Assembly (NCBI RefSeq): GCF_006345805.1
Contig: NW_021829600.1
Coordinates: forward strand, 1 to 64,000
DNA: 64,000 bases
Direction of reading: 5' to 3'
Origin: Octopus sinensis
Lineage: Eukaryota
Shown one piece after another: positions 49,186-62,894 of this stretch (position 1 is the stretch's first letter; each line of letters begins with the position of its first letter). The notes under the pieces are model-generated. The model was given only the letters and a program-made list of their open reading frames with translations. It searched no databases and was not told the DNA's origin. The translations under genes and the position numbers were made by a program.

Positions 49186-49571
49186 ATGTACTGCAATAGC
49201 TTGGGACTCAAGGACTCGCAGTTATTTAACACCTTGCCAAAATATCTGAGGGATCTACATGGAATGGGGGTAGCTGTTTTCAAGAAACAACTTGACCTCC
49301 TGCTACCCAAGATCCCAGATGAACCGATATCAAGGCAGGTAACTCAAAAGAGAGAACTACCTCTTTCACCAAAAGCTAATCATATAAACAGCCTTGCCCG
49401 GACTTATGCCTTAGAATGGAATATTCTAGGTACAATCGCATAGTCATTCATGACTAAAGGGTGTTTTAATTTTTATTCTGAACAGATACTACTTCCGCCG
49501 CTGTTAACGTGTGTGTGTGTGTGTGTGTGTATGTGTCTGTGTGTGTGTGTGTGTGTTTTATAAAGAGTTCC

Positions 49572-49604
<33 letters not shown>

Positions 49605-49899
49605 CATACATACATACATACATACATACATACATACATACATACATACGTACGTACATACATACATACATACATACATACATACATACATACATACATA
49701 ATGTTGACATGACTAAATCGTGTTAGAATTATTGAAAACATTTTATATTAATTTTAACGTTTATTTATTTATTTTGTAACTTCGTTGTTATTTGTACTAA
49801 AATATATATCATTATCATTACGTCATATATCATTTCCAACCGGTCACTGACACACTTATTTCCATGATATACACGTCCGTGATGATTGCATTAATCTTT

Positions 49900-50463
49900 T
49901 CTGCTATAGGCACAAGGCCTGGAATTTTGGGGGAAGGAGTAAGTCGATCACATCGACCCCAGTACTCAACTAGTACTTAATTTATCGACCTCGAAAGGAT
50001 GAAAGGCAAAGTCGACCTCGGAGGAATTTGAACTCAAAGCGTAGCGGCAGGCGAAATACCTATTTCTTTACTGCCCACAAGGGGCTACACACCGAGGGGA
50101 CAAACAAGGACAGACAAACGGATTAAGTCCATTATATCGACCCCAGTGCGTAACTGGTACTTAATTTATCGACCCCGAAAGGATGAAAGGCAAAGTCGAC
50201 CTCGGCGGAATTCGAACGCAGACGAAATACCTATTTTTTTTACTACCCACAAGGAGCAAGAACACAGAGGAGACAAACAAGGACAGACAAACGGATTGAG
50301 TCGATTATATCGGCCCCAGTGTGTAACTGGTACTTAATTTATCGACCCCGAAAGGATGAAAGGCAAAGTCGACCTCGGCGGAATTTGAACGCAGAACGTA
50401 GCGGCAGACGAAATACCGCTAAGCATTTCGCCCGGTGTGCTAACGTTTCTGCCATCTCGCCGC
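49900..50463 (-). mobile_element. SINE family B multimer (one head, three bodies)
   Basis: Junctions GAAATACC|TATTT at 50060/50061 and 50231/50232. Confidence 0.85.
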
Positions 50464-50989
50464 CTTAATGATTATATTAATAACGCTGTCGGTATGTGAG
50501 TCCTACAGTCTTTAATACGCGGTCTCGTAAGACGGCACCCATTTTAATACCAACCCCTTGAACGCTCTTAGTAGAGGTAACGTGATGAAAACGTTTAATG
50601 ACGACCGAGGTTTCTTGTCCATTTCACGTTATCCATCTCATACTTCTTGGCAGTATTTAATATCAGCTACTTCAGTCTTACTAAACGGTATCGTAGGTAA
50701 CGCCCCAACACCTCGCCTCCAAGTTATGAAAGTATAATCAGTAATTAAACAATTGCAATTCTCTCTCACCTCTCTCTCTCTTTCTCTCTCTTTCTCTCTC
50801 TTTCTCTCTCTCTCCCTCCCCCCCTCTCTCTCTCTCTCTCTCTGTATGTGCGTATATACAGATATATGTGTGTATGACATGCATGCAAATACATGTGTAT
50901 ATATGTGTGTGTTCGTAAATATGTGTGTGTATGTACGTATGTATGTGTGTATGTATATATGTTTATATATATTTGTGTGTGTGTGTGTG

Positions 50990-51037
<48 letters not shown>

Positions 51038-51332
51038 TTTAATTCCGAAACGCGGTTAACCTAATATCGATAGATTTTCGTTATTGTTCCATTTTGCCTG
51101 CGTGGGATTGTTTTCAAGTACTTTGGTTTTTCTGGAGCCCCCTTTTAAGTAGAAGGAATAGCTAATATTTTTTGACTGCTATTTCTAAATTCGGTATGTG
51201 GTGAAACAAATCATTGCTGAACCCTAATATAAAGTATATATATATATGTTATATATATAGATAATATATATATATCTATATATATTATATATATATATAT
51301 ATATAATATTTATATATATATATATTATATAT

Positions 51333-51364
<32 letters not shown>

Positions 51365-51803
51365 ATTATCTTGTTCTCCTTGTTTGTCTCTCACTGTTAT
51401 ATATTTATTTTTCACTGTTTATATATATATTTTTTACTGTTATATGTTTGTACTGTCGTTACCGTCTTGCTTTTTTTACCCCTCTGCGAAAAGATCTCAG
51501 AATTTTTAATTGATTTGCTTTTCGCGGGAAGGAATTTTCTTCGAAGTATACGTCTCGCTTTTATCCTTCGAAACGTTTAGTAGATGAAATCTTAGCGAGA
51601 AGAAGGGGAATTTTTCGTTGTGCTATTGTCCTGTATCTCTCCCTTTTTTTGCTTGTCTTGTTCCTTGGTTTGTGTCTATGTGTTTTCGTCTCTCTATGTG
51701 TTCGACGTCTTTTTGGTGTCCTGTACAACATATGCGTGTATATGTACATGTAGAGGTAGGTACGTACATATATGTTTATATATATGCATATATTCTTTTA
51801 TTA

Positions 51804-51840
<37 letters not shown>

Positions 51841-52781
51841 ATATATATACATGTATGTAGGCGCAGACATGATTATGTGGTAAGAAGCTTGCTTCCCAAC
51901 CACATGCTTCCGGGTTCAGTTCAGTGAGCGAGTGTCTTCTACAATAGCCTTGGTCTGACTAAAGCTTTGTGAGTGGATTTAGCAAACGGAAACAAAAAGA
52001 AGCGTGTGTGTGTGTCTGTGTTTGCCCCACCTCCACTTCACAACCGATGTTGGTATGTTTACAACCCTCACAACCCCATAACTTAGTGATTCGGCATAAG
52101 AGACCAACGAAATAAGTATTAGGCATAAAAAATATATTGAAGTCAATTTGTGTGACTAAAACCCTTCAAGGCGGTGCCCCAGCATGGCCACAGGCAAATG
52201 AATAAAACAAGTAAAAGATAAAAGATACGTGGGTGGGTGTATATATATATATATATATATTATATAAAGAGTGCAGAGATTGCAATGAAAACCAGCTGGC
52301 AGAGAATTTGCCCGCGGTTAAACTAGTAAGTTACATTCATCTACCACTTTGATTTGGCTATTCGCTTTACTGTTTAATATCATTTGTTTCCTGAGAAAAT
52401 ATGGCCTCTCCATTTTCACGAATACCGCCATTTCTTTGACTATAGCCAGCGGGGTGGCGTCATTCGAAGGCTAAAACAATGCGAACGCATTGTGACCAGC
52501 GATGTGTAGCAACATTTGATGGTCTGGTCGGTCACGTGATCACGTGATATATTCTATTACTTGTTTTCGTCACTTGACTGTTGTCATGCTGGAGCACCGC
52601 CTTGAAGGATTTTAGTCGAACAAATCGACCCTGGGACTTTTTTAAGCCCAACACTAATTTTATCGGTTTCTTTTGCTCAACTATCAGGTTACGGGAACCT
52701 AAGCACACAAACACCGGTTGTGAAGCGGTCATGGGGGAGGGGAAAATAATACAGACACAAAGATACACACACCAACATACA

Positions 52782-52842
<61 letters not shown>

Positions 52843-53338
52843 AATAAAATAGAACTATGCAATATATAAAACATATATGTACGTACCTACCTCTACATGT
52901 ACATATAACGCATATATGTGTACAGGACATATATATACATACACACACGCGACAGGCTTCTATCAGTTTCCATCTACCAAATCCACTCACAAGGCTTTGG
53001 TCGGCCTGAGGCTATAGAGGCAAGCATCATACCACACAGCCACACATGTATTAATTAGGCTTTGCCTTTCAGGATCGATAAAAAGAAGATGGATTTAGTG
53101 GGGATTTGATGTTGTTGCCTACACGACTGATTTACAACCGATATTGGTTTGTTTACGAGGACGCAACTTAGCGGTTCGACAGAGTTAAAAAAATATATAC
53201 TGGGTTCGATTTGTTTTACTTAAGGCAGTGTGGCAACAGGGCCCCAATACTGTTACTTAAAAAATATTATGCGTGCGTACGTGCGTGTGTGTATGTGTGA
53301 GTGTGTGTGTGTGTTTGTGTATGTGTGTGTGTGGTGTG

Positions 53339-53369
<31 letters not shown>

Positions 53370-53559
53370 TGTTTTATTTCTCAATTTCTCACTATTTCTC
53401 TTGCTTTCTCTCTCTATCTCGTTCTCTCCCCACAGAAAATGTATGAGCACCCGTATGTGTGTGTGTGTGTGTGTGTGTGTGAATGTATGTGTGACTCTGT
53501 GTATGTGTGTGTGTGTGTGTGGTGTGCGTATGTGTGTGTGTGTGCGCGCGCGCGTATGA

Positions 53560-53591
<32 letters not shown>

Positions 53592-53879
53592 TGGGTGTGT
53601 CTGTGGCTGAATATATTTTTAAGCACTTGAAATTTTTAAAAACACGCTCACGGTGAGTGTCTGAGAAAGTTCAAAGTTCACATGAGGTTTTGTGTCGTGA
53701 GTAAACCAAGTTAAAGGTCCAGTATATACTGTTTAAACACCAGCCTTGAGGCTGTCGTGTTAGTAGTAACTGAAACAAAAAGGAGTGATGAAATCTATTT
53801 TTAAAAATAGATATAGCTGTCACAAAAAAATATTTAAAAAATAAGTGACGAACAGTAAAAGAAGTCACTAAATGAGGAG

Positions 53880-53978
<99 letters not shown>

Positions 53979-54044
53979 GTATATAGATAGATAGATAGAT
54001 AGATAGATAGATGGGTAGGTAGGTAGATAGATAGATAGAGAGAG

Positions 54045-54098
<54 letters not shown>

Positions 54099-54107
54099 GA
54101 AGGTAGG

Positions 54108-54160
<53 letters not shown>

Positions 54161-54172
54161 GATAGATAGGAC

Positions 54173-54248
<76 letters not shown>
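53880..54248. repeat. (GATA)n array
   Basis: Read directly. Further arrays at 55765-55856 and 56223-56385. Confidence 0.95.
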
Positions 54249-54249
<1 letters not shown>

Positions 54250-55762
54250 TGTTTCTTATTAGCCACACAGGGCTGCACACAGATAGAACAAATACAAGGT
54301 AGAGCTTTCTTTGAAGGTTTAAAAAAAAAAAAAAAAGGAAAGGAAAGGGGGGAATTTCGATCAAAAGGGATCGTAAAAGGAGAGAAAGAGGACAAAAAAT
54401 GGGGGGTTAAAAAAGGGGGGGAGAGGAAAAAATTGATCAATAGGGATCGTTACACAGAATGTCAATATGAAGTGTAAAGGGGAGGACAGGTGAGGTTTAA
54501 CCGTGGAAAGAAAAGCCTACGGAAAAGACCACGGTAACATCGGTCAATGAAGTCACATGTTATATTTCGCCCCTGTCGACCAGTTTTCTCGAGACAAGCG
54601 CAACCTCTTGGCTAGCACCTGGGCCAAAATTTTCAAGTCTGCATTAAGCAGAGTGAGGGCCTAAAGTTATCTATTACATTTCCCTTGTTAGATTTTCTTC
54701 AGCAGTTTACGGCTCCTCGGCTCACAAAATCAGGAATGCTCCCGTTTTGCTGTCAGTTGCAGTACACCCGCCGCCAAGAGATCTCCAACAAGTCTGGCAT
54801 ACAATTGTAAAGCTCGTAGGGTAGACCATCCAAAACCCGGTGATTTGTCCTCGAGCATTCTGCCATCGCTTCCTGCACTTCCGCCGCCGTGATGGCACCT
54901 TCGCAGCACCCTGCCTTTCTTGTCGAGAGTCGTGGTAGGCTATGTAGGTAGGCACTGAGTCCACCCTACGTTCTTGCCCTCCACTCGTTCCGAACAGTCG
55001 GGCAAAATGCTGCTGAAAGGCCTCAACATTTTACTTGGCTCGAGCAATTCGCGCCCCTGTTCATCTACCAGGACCGAATGGTGGCTTTGTTGCCCTGTTG
55101 CGCCTCTGCCATCCGGGCCTCTCTCGCGGCTCCAACACCTTCGTTCCTTAGAGCACTCATCCTAGCTCTGACAGCACATCCTTCGTGTTTGGCGGTTGAG
55201 TGTTGGCGAGGGCCAACCAAGCCGCCAAAACGTCGGATGCGATGCCGCTTCTAATTGCCTCTTCTAGCTTCTTAACTAGCTCACCCTCTACTCTATTTCT
55301 ATCTATGGCTAGTGCTTTGCTGTACCTATCGCTTTTGCTTTACTGCTCTCTGAGGGCAAACCACCATTTGTTGTTGATGATGGCTCCCGTCAAAGCCCTC
55401 TTTACTAGTGTGCTAATCCGGTCTCTGAAAACCTGTCTCGATGGGAAAGACGCGTTTAGTTTCCAGTATCCGGGACCCTGCCTAAATGTCTTACCTAAGT
55501 CTAGGTACATGTCACAAGTTTGTGATCCGTGTAGCTGACTATGTGGAATTGGGGGACATCCTATGCTATCTCTATCTACTGTCCTACACAGTATCCTATC
55601 TAGATACGATCTCGACGACCCGATGCGGTTGCTCCATGTCCACGTTGGCGCATTCGGGTGTCTAGTCGGAACCGGTCAGACAGTGAAAGCGTCTGAGCAG
55701 GTCCTGAGGCATTTGCATCCCCGTCTATTCCTATCTCTACCCACGTAGTCTACATGCGTGTC

Positions 55763-55765
<3 letters not shown>
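54249..55765 (-). mobile_element. Tx1/L1-type LINE, 5'-truncated and internally deleted, inside a (GATA)n array
   Basis: Minus strand: end of APE (TWTWSNRIGSSRSYLDRIL..YTDHKLV), GPGYWKLNAS, RT start (DGLPYELY; RP-TLLNADLKILAQVLAKRL), then a jump at ~54568 to a 320-bp 3' UTR ending CTAATAAGAAACAT(ATCT)n. Confidence 0.85.
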
Positions 55766-55856
<91 letters not shown>

Positions 55857-55868
55857 GGGTAGGTAGAT

Positions 55869-56222
55869 ATGTTTCTTTATTAGCCACACAGGGCTGCACA
55901 CAGATAGAACAAATTACAAGGTAGAGCTTTTCTTTTGAAGGTTTAAAAAAAAAAAAAGGAAAGGGGAGTTTCGATCAAAAGGGATCGTAAAAGGAGAGAA
56001 AGAGGACAAAAAAAGGGGGGTTAAAAAAAGGGGGAGAGGGAAAAAAATTGATCAATAAGGATCGTTATCACAGAAATGTCAATATGAAGTGTAAAGGGGA
56101 GGACAGGTGAGGTTTACCCGTGGAAAGAAAAGCCTACGGAAAAGACCACGGTAACCTCGGTCAATGGAGTCACATGTTATATTTCTTTATTTTTTTTTGC
56201 GAATAAGCAACTCTCTGTTTTC
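55869..56222 (-). mobile_element. Second copy of the same 3' UTR inside a (GATA)n array
   Basis: 55869-56185 is nearly identical to 54249-54568; (GATA)n/(GACA)n on both sides. Confidence 0.8.
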
Positions 56223-56250
56223 AGACAGACAGACATACAGACAGACAGAC

Positions 56251-56386
<136 letters not shown>

Positions 56387-56424
56387 TATGAATTGCTTGA
56401 TGTAGCTCAGATACAAAAATGTTA

Positions 56425-56790
56425 GGAGTAGCTGTGTGGTAAGTTGCTTCCAGATTGAGCCCCACTGCGTGGCACCTTGGGCAAGTGTCTTCCACTATAG
56501 CCTCGGGCTGACCAAAACCTTGTGAGTGGATTTGGTAGACGGAAACTGAAAGAAGCCCGTCGTATATATATGTTTGAGTGTATATATTTGTGTGTGTGTG
56601 TTCCCCAACATCGCTTGACAACCGATGCTGGCGTGTTTACGTCCCCCGTAACGTAGCGGCTCGGCAAAAGAGACCGATAGAATAAGTACTAGGCTTACAA
56701 AGAATAAGTCCTGGGGTCGATTTGCTCGACTAAAGGCGGTCCTCCAGCATGGCCGCACTCACAATGACTGAAACGAATAAAAGAATCAAA
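56425..56790 (+). mobile_element. SINE family A, full length (tail-to-tail with a minus-strand fragment at ~56880-57090)
   Basis: Matches the family A consensus. Confidence 0.85.
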
Positions 56791-57589
56791 GAATATTGCT
56801 ACTAGTGACAGACACTCACACACACACAAACACACACACACACACACATACTCATGAATGCGCAGACATACACACATTATTTTACTTGTTTCAGTCATTC
56901 AACTGCAGCCATGCTGGAACACCGCCTTTAGTCGAACAAATCCAAATCTACCCAAAGACTTATTCTTTGTAATTTTAGTACTTATTCTATTGTTCACTTT
57001 TTCCGAACCGCTAGTTACGGGGACGTAAACACACCAACATCGGTTGTGAAGCGATCGTGGGCGGACAAACACAGACACACAAATACATACAGGCATACAC
57101 TTTCCTAATGTTTGTAATTTATTATGCACGCCGGAAAAACAGTGCTGTTCAGTAAAGGTTCGGCCTAGGTCAAGCAATCCGATCCCGAGGTCTCCTTTGT
57201 CGTAGCGCTGGTGTATGTGACCTTATCGGGTTGTTTTTCCTCGATACCCCTAAGAAAAAGTTCCACTCTGTTCCACCTTGGTATTTACAGAGATGACGCT
57301 CTGGACAGGACCTTTGTGGTTTGAATCCCTATCTCCAATTTTGTTCCAACTGTTTTCAAATTTCGTATATGGATTAAGTTTTGTTTATCTATTATGAAAA
57401 TGAAAATCATTTCCCCTATAAATTTATAATTAAAAAGTTATTAGTCTTTAAATTTTACAAAATTTTGTTATTTTAGCCAATCAGAAGCGAGTATTTTACA
57501 CATCATCTTGAAGTTCTGTAAGAATCAAAGAACTCTGTTTCCATAGTGACCAAAGAGTGTAACCACCACGTGTTCCATAATTGTTTGTT

Positions 57590-57960
57590 TTCATAGCAGT
57601 AGGAATTAATTTCTAGAATGGTATAGAGATTTTAGAACAATGACGAGATGGCCACAACTTTAAACCTTTCCTGTTTGATGGAAAAAGTAAAGACAGAAGA
57701 GGATGCAACATATTTCTTCCAAGAGAAAGGAATAATACCAGAAAGGACATTCCATGGAAAAAAAAATCGTGGGAATTTGTAGCCTTCTTCCCCTCCACTT
57801 CTCGCTACTGTGAGAAATGATGGAAGAGGCAGCGAACGCGCTGTTTATTGATTGGCTGAAATTCTGAAAATTACCAAACTTTGAACACCTGTAACATTTT
57901 CGCAAAATTTTTCTGGATTAAATGAATAACAAATTCGGATTCAGCATCACAAATTACATC
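57590..57960. mobile_element. Possible DNA-transposon remnant (Merlin/ISXO2-like N-terminus)
   Basis: Short frame MEKVKTEEDATYFFQEKGIIPER resembles Merlin-type N-termini. 57840-57960 is related in reverse complement to ~15120-15260. Confidence 0.3.
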
Positions 57961-57974
57961 TGTATACTACATTA

Positions 57975-59610
57975 AAAACATGTTTTAAAGATTTTGACAC
58001 GCAGTGAATTAAACCTCAAAGATCCCCTAACCATCACTAGAGGAGTAAACGGGCACACACTAGACAGGCTTAGGAAAGATCTAATTCGCACACTTGGCTC
58101 CATGGGACTGAAAATTACTATCGGGACTAATCTCACCACCGCGGACTTCTTAGACGCCACGCTCGACTTGAGCTCCGGTACATACAGGCCCTACCGCAAG
58201 CCAAATGAGAGGCTTACGTTCATCAATATAGTCGCCTGTCACCCACCCATTGTGTTCAAAAACCTGGTGAAGGGTGTTAGCAAGAGGATCACGAAACTTT
58301 CCTCCAGCCAAGAGATTTTTGATGCCACAGCCCCCTAATATAACGAGGCTCTAGCTGCTTGCGGATATAGGGACTGCATCTCCTACATGCCGGGCCCCAA
58401 CATCTGTAGAAGGAAGCGTCGCAGAAATATCGTTTGGTTGCCCCACACCCACTTCTCTCTTAACGTAAAAACGTCTGTAGGTAGCATATTCCTTAAGCTA
58501 ATAGATAAGCATTTCACACGTTCACATAGATACGGATGCATTTTCAACAGGCAGAACCTTAGCTGTGCCCCCAATATTAAGAGCATTCTAGCTAGCACCC
58601 CTAGACTGCAAACGAAGACATGATGCTATTGCAGGGGCCACAACAGATGCCCAGTGAGAGGCAACTGCGAAACCAAGGGAGTAGTCTATGAAGCTGAGGT
58701 ACTGGCCGATCCTAATATCAGCAGCAACTTCTCTAACAGCTGCTACTGTAGCAGAGTAGACAGAACCAATAGTAACAGCAGCAGAGACACGAACAGAACC
58801 AACAGCAGCACCATCGCCAGCGACAACAACAATAACAACATCAACGGCAGCAGTGTCAGTATCCCTAACGGATATTGCAGCAGAGCCATCGCCAATGATA
58901 TCTGTAACAGCAGTGACAGCGCCTCCATCAACATCGATGACCATAGTAACAACAGCACCATTACCAACACCAGCAGTAACGGCACTAATACCATCGCCAC
59001 CTCCAATGACACCAACACCAACAGCACCAGTATCAACAATAGCGGTAGCAGCAACGCCAACACCCAAGACGGAGATACATCGGTTGTTCCAGTAACACGT
59101 TCAAGCAACGCATCTCCAACCACAGATCTTCCTTCAGGATACTGGAAAGGAGATACGTTACGTCATTAGCTAGCTATATATGGCAGCTGAAGGACGACGG
59201 GATTCCACACACAATATCTTGGGGAATCCTAGAAAATCTAGGCCCTTACATTAACGGGGCCATGCGTTGTAAATGTGCATAGCGGAACGGGTGAGGATAC
59301 TAAACGACTCCCTCGACCCGAGGAACATCCTTAACTCCAGAGCGGAGGTCTTCGGACCGTGCTTGTATTTGAGGAAGTTCCTACTGGCTATTGGAACCCA
59401 CAAGATAACAGGGTCACTTACAATCAATAGCCAAACGGAGACAATCCCCTTTATTGACATTGAGTAGCGAGATCCTTTCTTCCTCAATTTTCTAGAGAGG
59501 CCGCTCACCAGAGAGGTCATAAGCCAACAGGTTTGGGATCTGAGGATACGCCGTATAGCTATGTGCTTTATGGACGTGAAACCAAGGGTAATCCCATAAA
59601 CCGGCCTTAT
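57975..59610 (+). mobile_element. Penelope-like element, 5'-truncated: RT thumb, Cys-rich linker, GIY-YIG endonuclease, 3' hammerhead
   Basis: FLDATLDLSSGTYRPYRKP..HPP; RKRRRNIVW..KLIDKHF; CYCR..CPVRGNC..VVYEAEV; then RRYIGCSSNTFKQRISNH..SLASYIWQLK (from 59070). Confidence 0.9.
59530..59602 (+). ncRNA. Type I hammerhead ribozyme
   Basis: CTGAGGA 59540-59546; GAAA 59578-59581; stem III ACC/GGT with AAG loop; GTA cleavage triplet 59588-59590; stem I GGTTTGGGAT/ATCCC(AT)AAACC; stem II ACGCC/GG(A)CGT. Confidence 0.8.
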
Positions 59611-60542
59611 CTAATCGGTAAGATGCTGAACAAAAAGCTTAGCGGCATTTCTCCCAATTTTACGTTCTGAGTTCAGATACCACCGAGGTTGACTTAACCA
59701 TCCATCCTCTCGGTATCGATAAAATAAACGCCAGTAAAAAACTGGAGTCGATATAATCGACTTAACGCATCCCCGAAACTCACACATGAGGTTGGGAGGC
59801 ACACACACATGCATACATACATGCGGTTGGGAAGCAAACATCTTACCACACAGCCACACATATAAATATCACGTGATCACCTGACCGACCAGACCATCAG
59901 ATGTTGCTACACATCGCTGGTCACAATGCGTTCGCATTGTTTTAGCCTTCGAATGACGCCACACCGCTGGCTAAGCGAGCAGGCCAACAGAAGAGTGAGA
60001 GAAAGAGTGGTGAAAGAGTACAGCAGGGATCACCACCCACTGTCGGAGCTTCGTGGAGCTTTTAGGTGTTTTCGCTCAATAAACACACACAACGCTGCCC
60101 TAACCACTGGGCCATTGCGCCTCCACACACATAAACATATGTCATATAAATATATTATCGTTCAGCATTGTTCAGGAGGGCATGCATACGTATCCTTTGT
60201 TTTGAGGTGGGCGTTAGCATTATAGATAGGAGTATATAATAACTATATACGCAGTTGTGCTATACGATGGTATGTGATGTATACATGTATATGCGCACAG
60301 ACACACAACTATTAATATACATGCAAGCACACAAACACAGATGCATATATGCATACGCATGTAGATTGGCGCATAGACATAACATACAAGCATACGTCAT
60401 AATAGGCATTTTTCTAACAAGATGACAAATTTCATTATTTTTTATCGGCAGACGTTACAGAGTGGCTAAAAGATTAATAGTTTGATGTATAGTTCTTATT
60501 AACCATATGTGCATGTCTATGCGAATGTGTGTGTATATATAT

Positions 60543-60601
<59 letters not shown>

Positions 60602-60629
60602 ACATGTATATATATATATATATACTTTT

Positions 60630-61035
60630 TTACTTGTTTCAGTCATTTGAATGTGGCCATACTGGAGCACCGCCTTTTAGTCGAGCGAATCGACCCCAGG
60701 ACTTATTCTCTGTAAGCCTAGTACTTATTCTATCGGTCTCTTTTGGTGTGTTTACGTGGGCGTAAACACACCAAAAGAGACCGTGGGCGTAAACACACCA
60801 GCATCGGTGGTCAAGCAACACAGACATACAAACATACACACACACACACACACACACATATATGTAAATATATACGATGGACTTCTTTCAGTTTCCGTCT
60901 ACCAAATCCACTCACAAGGCTTTGGTCGGTCCGAGGCTATAGTAGAAGACACTTGCCCAGGGTACCACACAGTGGGAATGAACACGGAACCATAAGGTTG
61001 GTAAGCAAGCTACTTACCACACAGCCACTCCTGCG
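60630..61035 (-). mobile_element. SINE family A, near full length with a small internal duplication
   Basis: Reverse complement of the family A consensus; GTGGGCGTAAACACACC is repeated. Confidence 0.82.
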
Positions 61036-61968
61036 CCCATAACATATATATAATAACATATATAATAAATGATATATAATAATATACATAATAAATAATA
61101 TATATATATAATTAGAAATATTGCCTTTCAAAATCTCTCAGAGAGTTATGCAGTAGCAGCACGATAAAGTGATGGTATGTTGTCAACTTAATGTGGCAGT
61201 CCCAGGAAAAGGAAGAATGCTACTGCTATTTAGCCCCAAGAAACACCGTTTCCTGTTGGCTATATGACTCAGTACTGCTCACAGAGACAAAATTTAAAAA
61301 ATAAAAATATTTTATTAAATAAAAAGCCATACTACAAAAAATTAAGCAAAAATATTTCATCTTTTTATATAAAATAATTTAGACTAATGAAAATGAATAT
61401 TAGAACTCTTTGCATCGATTTTTGTTGTCTTTTATCTTTTGTTGTGTGTGCGCCTTAGAAATAGTTTAGTTCTTATATGAGTAGTGTCCCTTTAATATCA
61501 CGCAAAAATTGATAAAAATTTGAGAATTAAAATTAAATATCTTTTTTTCAAATGAATAAAATTTTACAAAACCGTTACATATATATTCGTTTAACATTTC
61601 TCTTTCATATTAATATTGATATAATAATTCTGAATCAAAATTGAAAGAATGGTGTGGATTCAAAGTGTCGATGTCGGGCTTTAATACTCGTCAGTCAACC
61701 AGTTTGGCCTATGAATTTTTCCGCTTAACTTTTTTTCTACTGCACCAGATTTTAAGTATTTTATATCTAAATGTAGCTTATCACTAGTCAAATATAGTTC
61801 AAAAAACAAAATTTGATTTCGATATTTCGATTAAAACTGAATTTGTAAGACTGCTTGGAAGACGCCGACTGCGACAAAAATGTAACGTTAAGAATATTAT
61901 TCAACTTCTACCGGGGTTGAATGATATATATACACACATATATATATACATATATTTATTTATTTATC

Positions 61969-62302
61969 TAAAGGGCTAAAAAAAACCACTATGTGGTCAG
62001 CCATATGCTAGAAGTAGATCACCTGCGATCAAACTACAAAGAAAAGAACGTTCTCTAGAGAAAAATTCAGCGGACACCAGAACATTCTTTTCTTTGTAGT
62101 TTGAGAACATTCTTTTCTTTGTAGTTTGATCGCAGGTGATCTACTTCTAGCATATGACTGACCACGTTGTGGTTTTTTTAGCCCTTTATATATATACACA
62201 TGTATTAGAATTTTCTCTGATTCTTCAGACTTTTGTATGCTAGGCTACTGGTTTTAAATTGATATTAATTAAATTAATATTCAATTTATCTCCCTCATTA
62301 TT
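61969..62302. mobile_element. Foldback element related to 1583-1853 (opposite orientation)
   Basis: Arms 61969-62055 and 62103-62188 are reverse complements. The leader motif AAACCAGTAGCCTAGCATA (minus strand, 62236-62254) matches AACCCAGTGGCCTAGCATA at 1611-1629. Confidence 0.75.
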
Positions 62303-62309
62303 TAAATGT

Positions 62310-62342
<33 letters not shown>

Positions 62343-62802
62343 CGCGTACACTCACTCAATCGATACGCACACATCCACACACGCATACATTCCCAACCGC
62401 AGCACAACCTCGCGCATTGAAGCAATATGTAGTCACCAAATAATATGCCAACTAATCATACACCCGCAAACAAATTTACATCTATATTCCAACACCATCA
62501 ACACCAGCATCCTAAATACACACCCACATGTAGACGTCAAACACATAACCAAACATAGACACGCAAACACACGCGCGCGCACACAAGCACAAACGCAGAT
62601 ACACATAGGCACATACACATATTATGACGCATCAGCATGTAACAATTTGGGCGGCATAACTTTTACCCTTAGATTTCCATTATTACCTCTCCTAGTAACC
62701 CTTCCTATTCTGTGAAGGCGTGGGGCCGTGTGGATATGGTGTTTTGCACTCACGATCACAAAATTGCAGTTTCGATTCCCAGACCGAGAATCGAAACTAC
62801 AT

Positions 62803-62839
<37 letters not shown>

Positions 62840-62849
62840 TTATATATAA

Positions 62850-62894
<45 letters not shown>

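Larger units (their letters stand above)
47868..49400 (+). mobile_element. CR1-clade LINE RT and 3' fragment, degraded, interrupted at ~48850-49185
   Basis: VDVIYLDFAKAFDEVDH...GVLQGTVF...SSYADDTK...LQKDLD; later RDSQLFNTLPKYLRDL..VFKKQLDLLL. Confidence 0.88.

Noticed and set aside
58621-58623. In-frame TGA next to the Cys-rich linker as selenocysteine (reported for some Naiad-type Penelope elements)
   Set aside because: The TGA precedes rather than replaces a conserved Cys, the same frame also has a TAA at 58336-58338, and I found no SECIS-like AUGA..AA..GA hairpin downstream. A family consensus would settle it.
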